A stretch of DNA of 63,170 nucleotides, the filler included, from Globobulimina sp. (Eukaryota): the NCBI GenBank assembly GCA_003354225.1. It is 29 parts of 29 records of this genome, joined end to end, with 100 filler letters (N's around TTAATTAATTAA, not from the genome) between each part and the next. Parts side by side here need not be neighbours in the genome. Positions count along the whole stretch, not along the records: positions 21,833 to 23,914 come from PIVH01009144.1; positions 24,015 to 26,096 come from PIVH01009145.1; positions 26,197 to 28,278 come from PIVH01009146.1; positions 28,379 to 30,460 come from PIVH01009147.1; positions 30,561 to 32,642 come from PIVH01009148.1; positions 32,743 to 34,824 come from PIVH01009149.1; 23 more parts are not named here. One strand, 5' to 3'. Both the position numbers and the translations under genes were made by a program. The first letter of the stretch is position 1. Every line of letters starts with the position of its first letter. Of the stretch, positions 21,965 to 33,082 are shown piece by piece. A model generated the notes under the pieces. It made no database searches. It was not told the origin of the DNA and worked only from the letters and a program-made list of their open reading frames with translations.

Positions 21965-23914
21965 ATGCCAGCAGAAGTCGAGTACACTTGGGATTGGAGC
22001 CTTATTGTATTGTCCTACCTCAATGCTTGTATGGGTGCATGGATTGGAGTCAAATTATTATGGGATGCTCGTCATTATATCAAAAATATTAAATTTTATT
22101 TCGCTTTTATTCTCTTAGCAGCATTTGGTTTTGGATTATGTGGGGTCTGGACCATGGTATGTCTGCTTTGCATACTTTAACTTAGATTAAATCCAAGGTC
22201 TTGAATACGGCAATCTGCTGACAGCAATATACATTATTTCCGATCATAGTGTATAATTCCTGTGAACAGATTTAATCCATACGCGTAAATTCGAGGCTTT
22301 ACATGCTTGACAATACAAAACTTAAATCAATCTGTTCGACTGTTTCATTAATTAGGTGAGGCACAACGTACATTACATACTAATGTTTCTGAAGCACAGT
22401 AAACAAGTTTTGTGTACAGGTGACCCACTGTAATTAAATCATACTAACCCCGTTCCAAACACATGCATATACACAACCCATACGTCACAGCATTACACTG
22501 GAATGCTAGCATATAAATTCACGCATGTCCGAGTTACCTATGATGTGTCATTAGTACTGCTGAGTGGCGCAGTTGCAGTGATATTGGTATTTATCGGTTT
22601 CATTTATGTCAGCCAGAACATCAAAGCTCACCACAGAGAGAACCAATCCAATTATTGGAAAATAAAATTCATAAAACCAAACGCCAAGGACTTACTGCAG
22701 TGTCTAATTGGTGGCGTAATTATAGCCATAGGTGTGTCCACAATGCATTATGTTGGCATGGCAGCTCTGATAATCGATGCTACGCCAGAATGGCAAACAG
22801 GCATTGTATTCTTATCCATATTAATCGCTATTATTGTATCATTTGTTGGTTTATTGTTATTGCTGTTTATTGATGGCATTTATGGCATATTGGTGTCGTG
22901 TTTGGTCATTGGCTTTGCAGTTTGTACCATGGTATGTGTTCCGTAACAAATTCCGTAACAAATTTGTGCATATAATTACGAACAGCATTACACTGGAATG
23001 TATGCAGTAAAATATTACCAGAACAATGACACAATTTGGGTCTCCGAAGACCGTGTAGAAGGTTTTGCATTTACAGCACGAATAATATCCATTGTTTCTG
23101 GCTGCGTAGTATCAATCATATTGATTCTATATCACATCGTTAAATTTTACCATAGTAGCAGCAGTAGGATGTTTTACAAAAAACGATATGGAGACATCAT
23201 TATTGTGACAAATGTGTTTGCTTTATTCTATATCATTTTTGGTTGCGTGAATGTGCTTATTCCACACCATACCAATACTGCAGAGCATGTAGTTAATGAA
23301 TTTCTAGCATTATTCGCATTTTATGGATTATTGGCATCGTTGCTGCTGCGCTATATATTAGCATGGTATTCCATTAATTTATTAGCAACGAAGGAGCATT
23401 TGACATGGCAAACGATATTAAACTCGAAATTGGTAAACAAATCATTTTTTTTGGTAAATTACAGCAAATATGGCAATATGAAATGGTTAGCCATTAGGAT
23501 ATATCTTACCTTTGCTGCGTTTTTAATCATTAATTTTGTTTTCTGTCTGTGCGGATTTGATATTTCAGGAAGAGTTGCTATCCCATTAATAATGTTAATA
23601 TCCACATCAATACTAATCATACTGTTTTATCGCAACACGCCTTCTTCGTTTGGTGATCAATTATTTGTTTTTGGTGAGATGAAATTAATCGCATTTGTGT
23701 TATTAGTAATGTCCGCAGCCACGCTATGCGGTTTCATTTTGATTTACGACCACATTCAGTATGAAATGTATTACACGTTTCTAACCATGATATGTCTGAC
23801 TATAATTGCAATAATCCCAATAGAAATTTTATTACATAAACAGCATAACTCTCACAAACATAATAAACACTCAAAAACGACTTTAGCGCAATGTCTAAGT
23901 GGAATGGAATCGTT
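21965..23914 (+). CDS. MHYT-domain protein fused to a 7TM-like region, 3'-truncated
   Basis: Introns 22157-22490 and 22932-22985 restore WTMHYTGM and CTMHYTGM. The middle repeat is STMHYVGM. About seven more TM helices follow. Confidence 0.85.
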
Positions 23915-24014
23915 NNNNNNNNNNNNNNNNNNNNNNNNNNNNNNNNNNNNNNNNNNNNTTAATTAATTAANNNNNNNNNNNNNNNNNNNNNNNNNNNNNN
24001 NNNNNNNNNNNNNN

Positions 24015-24470
24015 GGATATTATTTAAAATATTATGAACACGGAAATATGACATACAATGCATCAAAATCTGTGTCATTTCCTTTTAAAAAGCATTATTT
24101 AATTAATTTTGGAGCATTAGCTAATGACAAAGATGAGGTGGCAATGAAATGGTACTTTGATATTATGAATGAACCAAATTCAAATACAAATTATAAACCA
24201 AAGGAATGCAATGTCGACACATTATTTGTTGATAAAAATTATTTTATTGGGTTTGAGTTGAATGAGAATGATTTTATGAACCACAAAGGAATAAAAAATG
24301 TTGAACCACATTTATGTGATCAAGATTTATATGAAGGAACACTGCAATTTTTGGACAATAATTCTTTTTATTTACAATATCATGTAAATGGACCTTCAAA
24401 AATGTATAACATTCAAACTACATTTACCGCGCTTGAAAAAAGAAAATACAAATTCAACATTTCACACTAA
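24015..24470 (+). CDS. DUF6314-like domain protein, 5'-truncated
   Basis: HLCDQDLYEG...YHVNGPSKMYNIQT motif. Confidence 0.6.
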   Translation, partial: GYYLKYYEHGNMTYNASKSVSFPFKKHYLINFGALANDKDEVAMKWYFDIMNEPNSNTNYKPKECNVDTLFVDKNYFIGFELNENDFMNHKGIKNVEPHLCDQDLYEGTLQFLDNNSFYLQYHVNGPSKMYNIQTTFTALEKRKYKFNISH

Positions 24471-24685
24471 TTTTCAAAATCATGTTCGCGCGCTTGAAAA
24501 TGGAAAGTAGTTTCAGAAAAAGTACGGATATTTCATACGCTTTCTTTCGAATTTTTTTAGCTTCAAAGGCAAAAATTGATTTAGACACAAATCACAAAGA
24601 AACGTTCATTCTTTCAATGATTATTTTTGTGTATTAATAGTAGACATTTGAACAAGTACTTTCATATTTCAACCTGCACATATTT

Positions 24686-25378
24686 TTATTCATTTCCATC
24701 ATTTTGATGGTGGCAACGTTTTCTGTTTCTTTTTTTTGATTGTTTTTTATGTAAACAATGCTCATATTCTAATAGTTGGTGTTGGAATGATTTATTTGTT
24801 AAAGCAAATGCCCTTTCACCCAAAACTAATGCTGTTGCATCAATTAATGATGGCTTATCTTGCAAATATAATAAATATCCAACAACAACAGTGGCTGAGC
24901 GATTAACGCCGCCAATACAATTTATCAATATTTTAGCATTATGGCATCGCGCTTTTTCAATGAATTGAATTGCTTCATCCAAATGTAATGCAATTATGTT
25001 ATATCCCTCTTTATCTTTTGCATTTAGACAATGATAATTTATCAGTTCTTTATCATATTTAATGCCATTTGGATCGGCACAATTGAGTACATAAGAAATT
25101 CCTAAATTATATATTTTGCCAATATTCTGAGCTGATTTTAGTGAACCTAGCCATAAGAAATTGGGCAGTATTTCTGATGCTTCCCACGAGATTCCCTTGC
25201 ATAATTTTTTATGATTTCTATATGTTATTACGTAGCCATTTGATTGTTTATCATCTCGATAATCTTCAATAAAATTTGAGAATTTATTTTGGTGTCTATT
25301 CTCTTTTCGTTTTTTGTGACGTCTGTGGTTTCTATCGCTATCCATATTTTTATATTTTTTAGCGTTAGTTTGCGCCAT
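24686..25378 (-). CDS. Dual-specificity protein phosphatase
   Basis: SEILPNFLWLGS, YVLNCA and the P-loop INCIGGVNRSA (CX5R). Confidence 0.9.
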   Translation of the reverse strand: MAQTNAKKYKNMDSDRNHRRHKKRKENRHQNKFSNFIEDYRDDKQSNGYVITYRNHKKLCKGISWEASEILPNFLWLGSLKSAQNIGKIYNLGISYVLNCADPNGIKYDKELINYHCLNAKDKEGYNIIALHLDEAIQFIEKARCHNAKILINCIGGVNRSATVVVGYLLYLQDKPSLIDATALVLGERAFALTNKSFQHQLLEYEHCLHKKQSKKRNRKRCHHQNDGNE

Positions 25379-25628
25379 TACACTTTCAAAAATGTGAGTA
25401 ACTGATACTTCTGTATAATTTATAAAGAAACAAAGAAATAAACATTAAATTGTCAGTCAATCACAAACTAAAATTATTTAATATTAGAATTTTCTGGTAA
25501 TCCAATATGAGAAAATATGCATTTTCTGTCTATAATTACTTTGATTTTAATCGAGAAAAGAGATTCAACGAAGAGTGGATGTGTGAGTAGTTTAGTGCAA
25601 AAGTTAGGAGTTTTTAATCTAACCAAAA

Positions 25629-26096
25629 ATGAACCATGCTGTCAGGAAAACACGGTACCAATTATTAGTAAGTGGATATGTTAGAAACGTTAGGTCTCAA
25701 TACATCCATAGAGATATTATTGGTGTCATTCATGCATTCCACTATACAATGTTTAAAATATTAGAATTATATTCTATTGGAAACAACACATATGGACAAC
25801 AAGGAAATGGAGGAAATGAAGATATTAAAAAAATTGCAAAAATAAAAACATTTAAAAAAAATATAAGAAATATTGTTACCTGCGGTTGGGGAGATGAAGT
25901 AGCAGCATATATTATATTTGATGATGAAACCTATGAATGTTGCGGTTATAATAGAAATGGTGCACTGGGTATTGGACATTATAATAATGTTAATATATGG
26001 CATCAAATAAAAGCTATGCAAATAAAAAATATATTTTCAGCACCAAATGGATCATATCATTCATCTTGTAAATCAAATGAGAATAAACTATATGCT
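25629..26096 (+). CDS. RCC1-repeat protein, 3'-truncated
   Basis: LYSIGNNTYGQQG and CCGYNRNGALGIG. Close paralog at 58911-59410. Confidence 0.8.
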
Positions 26097-26415
26097 NNNN
26101 NNNNNNNNNNNNNNNNNNNNNNNNNNNNNNNNNNNNNNNNTTAATTAATTAANNNNNNNNNNNNNNNNNNNNNNNNNNNNNNNNNNNNNNNNNNNNTAAT
26201 TCAAATTATTTTGATACAGATGAAGAAATTCTTGAAATGTATCCAGGCTTTGCTGAAACACGAATAATAATTGGCAAAAATTAAATGAAGATGGAAAAAG
26301 AATTTAAACCTTTGTTGTGATGGATTTTCTACAATTGAATCTGCGATCGATGTAAATTTATCTTTACGAGTGGTTCATTTTTTAACCATCCTTTCATCAC
26401 CACTCAATCCCAACC

Positions 26416-27589
26416 ATGGCAGCCGAAATCGAGAAGAAAATCGCAGAAATAGAACATGAGGTTCAAAACACTCACATAAAAGTCCTAAACACCCTAAACA
26501 CCATATCCTTGCACTAAACAGATGTCTCGAACGCAAAAAAACAAAGCTACCAACGCCCATCTCGGTTTATTAAAATCTCGAATCTCCAAATTAAAACGCG
26601 AACTCATCTCCACCGCCACCAAATCATCCGGCGGTGGTGGCGAAGGCTTCGATGTGCGGAGTACCGGCGATGCGCGGGTGGGCTTAGTCGGCTTCCCATC
26701 TGTGGGCAAATCCACTTTATTAAACTTACTAACCGGCGTCGAGTCACGTACAGCAAACTACGAATTTACGACTTTAACCTGCATCCCAGGCACCTTTAAG
26801 TACAAAGGCTGCGACATCCAATTATTGGACTTACCGGGCATCATCGAAGGGGCAGTCCAAGGCCGCGGCCGTGGCCGCCAAGTCATCGGCGTGGCGCGTA
26901 CGTGTGGCCTCATTTTGATTGTCTTGGACTGCAAATCGCCATTGGGACACAAACGAATCATCGAGCAGGAATTGGAAGGTTTTGGCATGCGAATCAACAA
27001 AAAGCCACCAAAAATACGAGTGCGCAAACTGCAAAAAGGGCCGGTGAACATTATCAAGATCGCAAAGCAGACGCATATGGACGACAAAACCATTGAGAAA
27101 ATCTGTAAGGAGTATCGGTACAATTCGTGTGAATTGATGCTGCGGCAAGACACGACTATGGATGAACTGATTGATGTGTTGGAGGGCAATCGCATATATT
27201 TGCCGGTGGTTTATGTGTTGAATATGATCGACAAGATATCCATTGAGGAGTTGGATATGTTGGCCAGGATACCCAAAGTGGTGCCCATTTCGAGCAAACA
27301 TGACTGGAATGTCAAGCAAGGACTGTTGGATATGATCTGGAAGGAATTGAAGATGATTCGGGTGTACACCAAGCCGAAGGGACAGATCCCGGACATGTAT
27401 GAGCCGGTGATCATGAAGAAGGACAAAGGGTGCACGGTGTTTGACTTTTGCATGAAAATTCATAAGTCGTTGGCGGAACAGTTTAAGTACGCCTGGGTCT
27501 GGGGCACGTCGGTCAAGTTTAATCCGCAAAAGGTCGGCAAAGATCATAAGTTACACGATGAGGATGTTGTGCAAGTTGTTAAAACTTAA
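26416..27589 (+). CDS. DRG1: Developmentally regulated GTP-binding protein 1
   Basis: Exon [15 protein letters not shown], intron 26461-26521, then [10 protein letters not shown]...[17 protein letters not shown] and a TGS domain. Confidence 0.93.
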
Positions 27590-27820
27590 GTGAGGTTTTC
27601 ATATTATGCAATTTTATCTTGTATGAGTTGATTTTTTTTCTCTGTGAGCCAAAAAAATACAAGAATATGCCCATCCTCCTGCTCGGCTCGACTCCACTTT
27701 CACTCATAAACACAGTTTTTCTACTACATAATAATTACAACACCAGGGAAATATACAAAGATTTAATTACATATATATATATACGATAATTATGAATTAA
27801 GCAATAAGTTTTTTTATGAA

Positions 27821-28278
27821 TTATTGGATTGAATTGATAATTGAATCAATATTAATTTTCCAATGTTTACCTACTTTATCACTCGCCTTTTCAATTAAAT
27901 GTATCCATTCATTACATACCCAACGACCAATTAATTTAATAATATAAAAAGGTAATGGTTGGATATTTTCAAAATCTGAACTTGCAAAGCATTGATTTAC
28001 ATAACCAAATACCATCAAATCGTCACCAATATCATCTCTCATAATTGTTGCTATGAAGTTAGATACTCTAAAAGGACATTTTATCGTCGATTTAATGAAA
28101 GTTTTATTTTTAAGATTAAATACAAAAAACGTTATGGAAGCCCATCCTCCAAAAACAACCAAATATTTTTCATTTTTAGTACAAACAATTGATGACAATG
28201 ATGGAGGAATTAATGACAATCCAAAACTACCTCTAGGCATTGATTTACATTTATATTTATTCCATTTATTATTCCAAG
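27821..28278 (-). CDS. Kelch-repeat protein, C-terminal fragment
   Basis: YLVVFGG Kelch turn, then the LMVFGYV...LPFYIIKLI...HWKINIDSI tail. Confidence 0.65.
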
Positions 28279-28517
28279 NNNNNNNNNNNNNNNNNNNNNN
28301 NNNNNNNNNNNNNNNNNNNNNNTTAATTAATTAANNNNNNNNNNNNNNNNNNNNNNNNNNNNNNNNNNNNNNNNNNNNAATTAAAAGGATTCACCCCATA
28401 TTCTTAGAGCGAATTTTGAAAAATATAAGTAATCGACAAATGAAAAAAAAATAAACACAAAATTTGACAAACAAGATATTTGTAACAATGTAAAAATACT
28501 ACAGATGGAAATTTTCT

Positions 28518-30460
28518 TTATTGATTCATAAGATTTGCCCAAAACAACAATGTGGACAAATCGATTTGTTGTGATGGTGGCTGTGATAAATTCTCTTGAT
28601 TTTCCTGTATCACTTGATTCATTTTGGTTTGATCCATTTGATTATCATACTCATTCTGTTCCGGCTTATTAATATCCGACGACATATTTATAAATGGTAT
28701 CTTATGTGAATTTGTATATTTATCTGCTGCAACACACGACGGCTGCCATATTTTTATGGTGGAGTCAATTCCCGACATGGCCAATATGGGGAAATGCGGA
28801 TGTCTGCGCACAGTATTTACAACTTCCTCGTCCACATTGCACAAAATATTCACCAATTTCCCAGAGATCTTATCCCAAATAAAGCAGCGTCCATCGTCGG
28901 AGCCAGAGCAAATATATCTATCTCCAAAAAACGTCGCCTCTTTAATATCAGTCTTCAAATTGCAATGTCCCGTATACCGCTGATAAAATTCATACTGTTT
29001 CTCCTTTTCCTTTTTGCTGATAAACACGCGCTCTGTCTCTTGCTTATTATCGTCATCCTTCGCATTCCCTTTATACACACCACAAAGTGCAAGGATACAA
29101 TCTGAGAGTGCAAGGATATAATTTGATGTCTCAACTGGTCATATGATTGATTTTATTCATCTTCTTGGTGATTTTGAGATATTCCCTCGAAATGCCCGCA
29201 TTGTTTGGGAATAATTTAAATGCTTTTTTCGCAGTGCTAAGGGTCAATTTATCGTCGTTGATTTTCGTGGAAAGTTTGATTTTCCAAAAATACGCCTTGA
29301 CGTAATTCGGTTTGACTGTGATCGCTTTGTCGCAATAAAAAATAACAAGCAATAAGTCGTTGAAATATTGCCGATGATAGAGACACATCGCCAAGTTACA
29401 ATACAATGAATGCAGCGGCAAGCCCGAGCCATTGAGACACGTATTACTGATTGGCACACAATTGACGGCCTTATGGTAGTACTCAATGGCCGACGAATAG
29501 TCCTTTGTATTGAAGCAATTATTGCCGCAACGCTTATAATTGTCGACGCTCGTACACAAAATCAAATTGTTATTCACCATCTCCTTCTCCTCCTTCTCTT
29601 CCTTGCCTTCCTCGCGAACAATATGACAATTCGTATATGAGGCTTTGCCTTTGAAATGTAAGTAATTTTCGATATTGATGGCAGAGTTCCGCTCAGTTTG
29701 GCCATTTCTGCGCAAATATTTCTGTAATGGGTAGGAGTGATCGTAATTTTTCGTGTTGAACACGTAGACATTTTCGCCGTGATAAGTCACCACAATCTGG
29801 GAGCCATCGGAGGAATATTCCACAAACGTGGTGTGAATGTGGGTGTGGTTGCTGTTGTGGTTGTGGTTGTTTTTAATGTATTTGAAATGCGGCGGCACCA
29901 CCCACGACATACATTGCTTCCATGTCAATTTATTGCCTTTACGGATGTCAAAGATGCGCACGTATTCGTCGCCGGAGGCAATGGCGAACTCATAGTCGCG
30001 AATGGGATTAATACTCAGTCCCTTCAGCATGCAGCGTTCCATATAGTCGTTGAGGCCGAAGAGGTCTTCATGCTTTATCCGATGATGCGGGTTATTTGTG
30101 TCGGAGTCGTTGCTGCACACATTGGAGGAGTCGAGTTTTATTAATATGTTGCCATTCTGCTGTTTATTTCTATGGTTATTGAGGTTATTTATGTGTTTCT
30201 TGGCTTTGCGAAACAAGGTTTTGATGTTTTTTTTCGAATTCGCGATAAATTGCTTATTATTGCTGATAAATTGCTTGTATTCGCAGCGGATATCGAAGCG
30301 CCGAATGGTGCCATCTTCAGAGACTGAATAGAAAATAAATGGCTGTCGCGGCGTGATTTGCACGTCTTTGACCCGGTCGGTATGGATTTGATAATTTTTG
30401 ATGGTGCGCTGTCGGTCCACGCTTTGAATCTGCACTAATTTGTCCATGGAGCCGGTGCAC
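28518..30460 (-). CDS. WD40 + TPR protein (WDTC1/DCAF6/DCAF8-like), 5'-truncated
   Basis: HTDRVK, SEDGTIRRFDIR, TPR segment, YTGHCNLKTDIKEATFFG, SGSDDG and SGIDSTIKIW. A 34-nt intron at 29102-29135 joins the ORFs in frame. Confidence 0.9.
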
Positions 30461-30561
30461 NNNNNNNNNNNNNNNNNNNNNNNNNNNNNNNNNNNNNNNN
30501 NNNNTTAATTAATTAANNNNNNNNNNNNNNNNNNNNNNNNNNNNNNNNNNNNNNNNNNNNG

Positions 30562-30789
30562 GTAAACAACAGGTATCTGTTTCGTCTGAACAGGTAACAA
30601 AAACACAATAATCTCACAAAAACAAAATATAGACAACAAGATATATACAACAAGATGTACCCGTTGTAACAATTATTTGTCGCTTTATTTTGTTTATACG
30701 CTCGTGATAATTATAACGTATATATCTTGTTGTATGTCTATATTTTGTTTTTGTTACCTGTTCAGACGAAACAGAGACCTCTTGTTTAC
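30562..30789. mobile_element. MITE with ~45-70 bp inverted arms
   Basis: GTAAACAACAGGTATCTGTTTCGTCTGAACAGGTAACAAAAAC versus GTTTTTGTTACCTGTTCAGACGAAACAGAGACCTCTTGTTTAC. Confidence 0.8.
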
Positions 30790-30861
30790 GGGAAGAGATT
30801 GGGGGCCCAATTTACTTTCGTCAGACTTGGTTACTGGTTAACCAATAGCACAAAAACAAAA

Positions 30862-31863
30862 ATGTTACCATTGATAAATCGTGAAGAGATGAACGCTAAG
30901 TCTATGATCCCTGATTTTGCGAACCCATCAAAAAAACGCAAAATCGAGGAGTGCCATAATTGGTCAAACCGTAATAATTTGAATATTAACAGGCGTATGA
31001 ATTTGGATATGGATATGAATACAAATAATGTACATAATATTAAAATGAACCACAATACAATGAAACGTACAGATGACGTAGTAATCCATTTAAAAGTTGA
31101 CTTATCACAGTTATACAGCGCACTAAAACAATCGTTAAACGTTGTTCGTAACAGATTATGTGATGCTTGTGGTGGAAAAGGTGCATCGGACCGGGATAGG
31201 GATCTCAAAATGGAGTTTGATCCTAACTTTACCAACAAATGTAGTCGGTGTTATGGACGTGGTGTGTTTCCGGATGAAAAACAATTTACATTTTCCATTC
31301 AAGGATATAAGCACAATGATCGCATTATATTTAAAAATGAGGCTGATCAAATGCTGGCGCATGAAGCCGGTGATATAATTATAATATTACAACAGATTCC
31401 AGATCAAAGATTCCAACGTGAAAATCAACATTTATACGTAAAAAAAGAGATTGTATTAGTGGAGGCATTATGCGGTGGACAGTTTTATATTCAACATTTA
31501 GATGGCAAAATACTTAAATTCACCACAAGACCCGGCGAGGTATTAACACCGTATCAAATTAAATGCATTCCAAATCAAGGCATGCCATATAAAAATAATG
31601 TACAGCGAAGAGGTCATATCTATGTTCAGTTTGAAGTAAAGTTCCCACCGCAACCATGTAACCCACATCTAATTAATGTTATGTATATTTTAGCAAATTT
31701 GTTAACATTACTAATATATTGATATACATAGGTATTACAAAGATTTCTTCCGTGTGCCCCACTCGATCCACTCCAACAAATTGCTAAACAGCAACCACAG
31801 ACATTAGTAAATTGTGAAATTCTCGATTTAGCATATCCAAAACCTACCAATCATCAACAATAA
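30862..31863 (+). CDS. DnaJ/Hsp40 class A-like protein lacking a J domain
   Basis: CDACGGKG and CSRCYGRG plus the DnaJ C-terminal domain (GDIII, EALCGG, GMP, GHIYVQFEVKFP). Short intron near 31678-31731. Confidence 0.75.
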
Positions 31864-32742
31864 TCCACTATCTTTTGTGTTATAGAATTGTCCTAAAATA
31901 CTATATGCCTCAATATCATTCATTGACTTCTTTGTTTTATAATTTGTAATACCTATTAAATTAAATATAAGTCTTTTTACTTTTTACTGAAATTGTTGAA
32001 AATATGTGAATTCCAAAAACGAACCAAATTAATGATTGTCAATTTGATTCGTCTACAATTGGTATACACAAATGTGTTGTTTGTTTTTGAACATTGCTGT
32101 GTATCTATTTTTTCTCAGTTGTTGTGTTTTTTTGTTTGTCTTTGATACAATATATTTTAATCTAATATTATATGCACTGTCTGTTCTACTTCTACACTAA
32201 CATGTTTTTTTTTTGTGGAGTTTGAATTGTTTTTTTGTGGCTCTCCAACAGTGCATGTATTTGTGCCAATGATGATGATGATGATCAATATCTAACTAAA
32301 TTATTTATGATGATCAGAAATTTTGGAAACCACAGAACTGTGATTTCTAGGTTCACGCTTCTTTTGTGATTGACTAAGAAAGTAAAGAAACAGCTTCTGA
32401 ATGGAAGTATATATATGGAATGTTAAATAGGTTTAGGTAGTCGTCGAAAACAGATCTGCATTGATTTAAAAGAATAAATATTAAACAAAAAAACAGTTGT
32501 TAAATTTATGAGATTGTTTGTTGATGATTTAAATTGTTTTGTTGAACAAAAACCCACCTTAATAAATAAAAAAATTAAAAAAAAACAAAAAGAGAAAAAT
32601 AAAAACTAACCGAACAAACACAAGTTGGAATACGACGATTTTNNNNNNNNNNNNNNNNNNNNNNNNNNNNNNNNNNNNNNNNNNNNTTAATTAATTAANN
32701 NNNNNNNNNNNNNNNNNNNNNNNNNNNNNNNNNNNNNNNNNN

Positions 32743-33082
32743 CAACCACCAATTTGCCCAGAAATAACCATCACCACCACCGTTTTGCCCCAAAATAACC
32801 ACCACCAACCACCAATTTGCCCCGAAATAACCATCACCACCACCATTTTGCCCCAAAATAACCACCAATTTGCCCCGAAATAACCACCACCAAACTGCCC
32901 CGAAATAACCATCACCAACCACCAAATTGCACCGAAATAACCACCACCAAACTGCCCCTAAATAACCACCACCAACCACCAGTTTGCACCGAAATAACCA
33001 GTTTCCCCGAAATAACCATCACGAACTTGCACCAAAATAACCACCACCAATTTGCCCTGAAATAACCAGTTTGCACCGAAAT
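32743..33082. repeat. Tandem minisatellite of ~25-35 bp (CCACCACCAATTTGCCCCGAAATAA-like)
   Basis: More than 10 degenerate copies running to the contig edge. Confidence 0.9.

Noticed and set aside
26758-27547. Long antisense ORFs over DRG1, and similar ones over the ATPase, WD40, EHD, lectin and SLOG genes
   Set aside because: Shadow ORFs opposite well-supported genes, with no motifs of their own.
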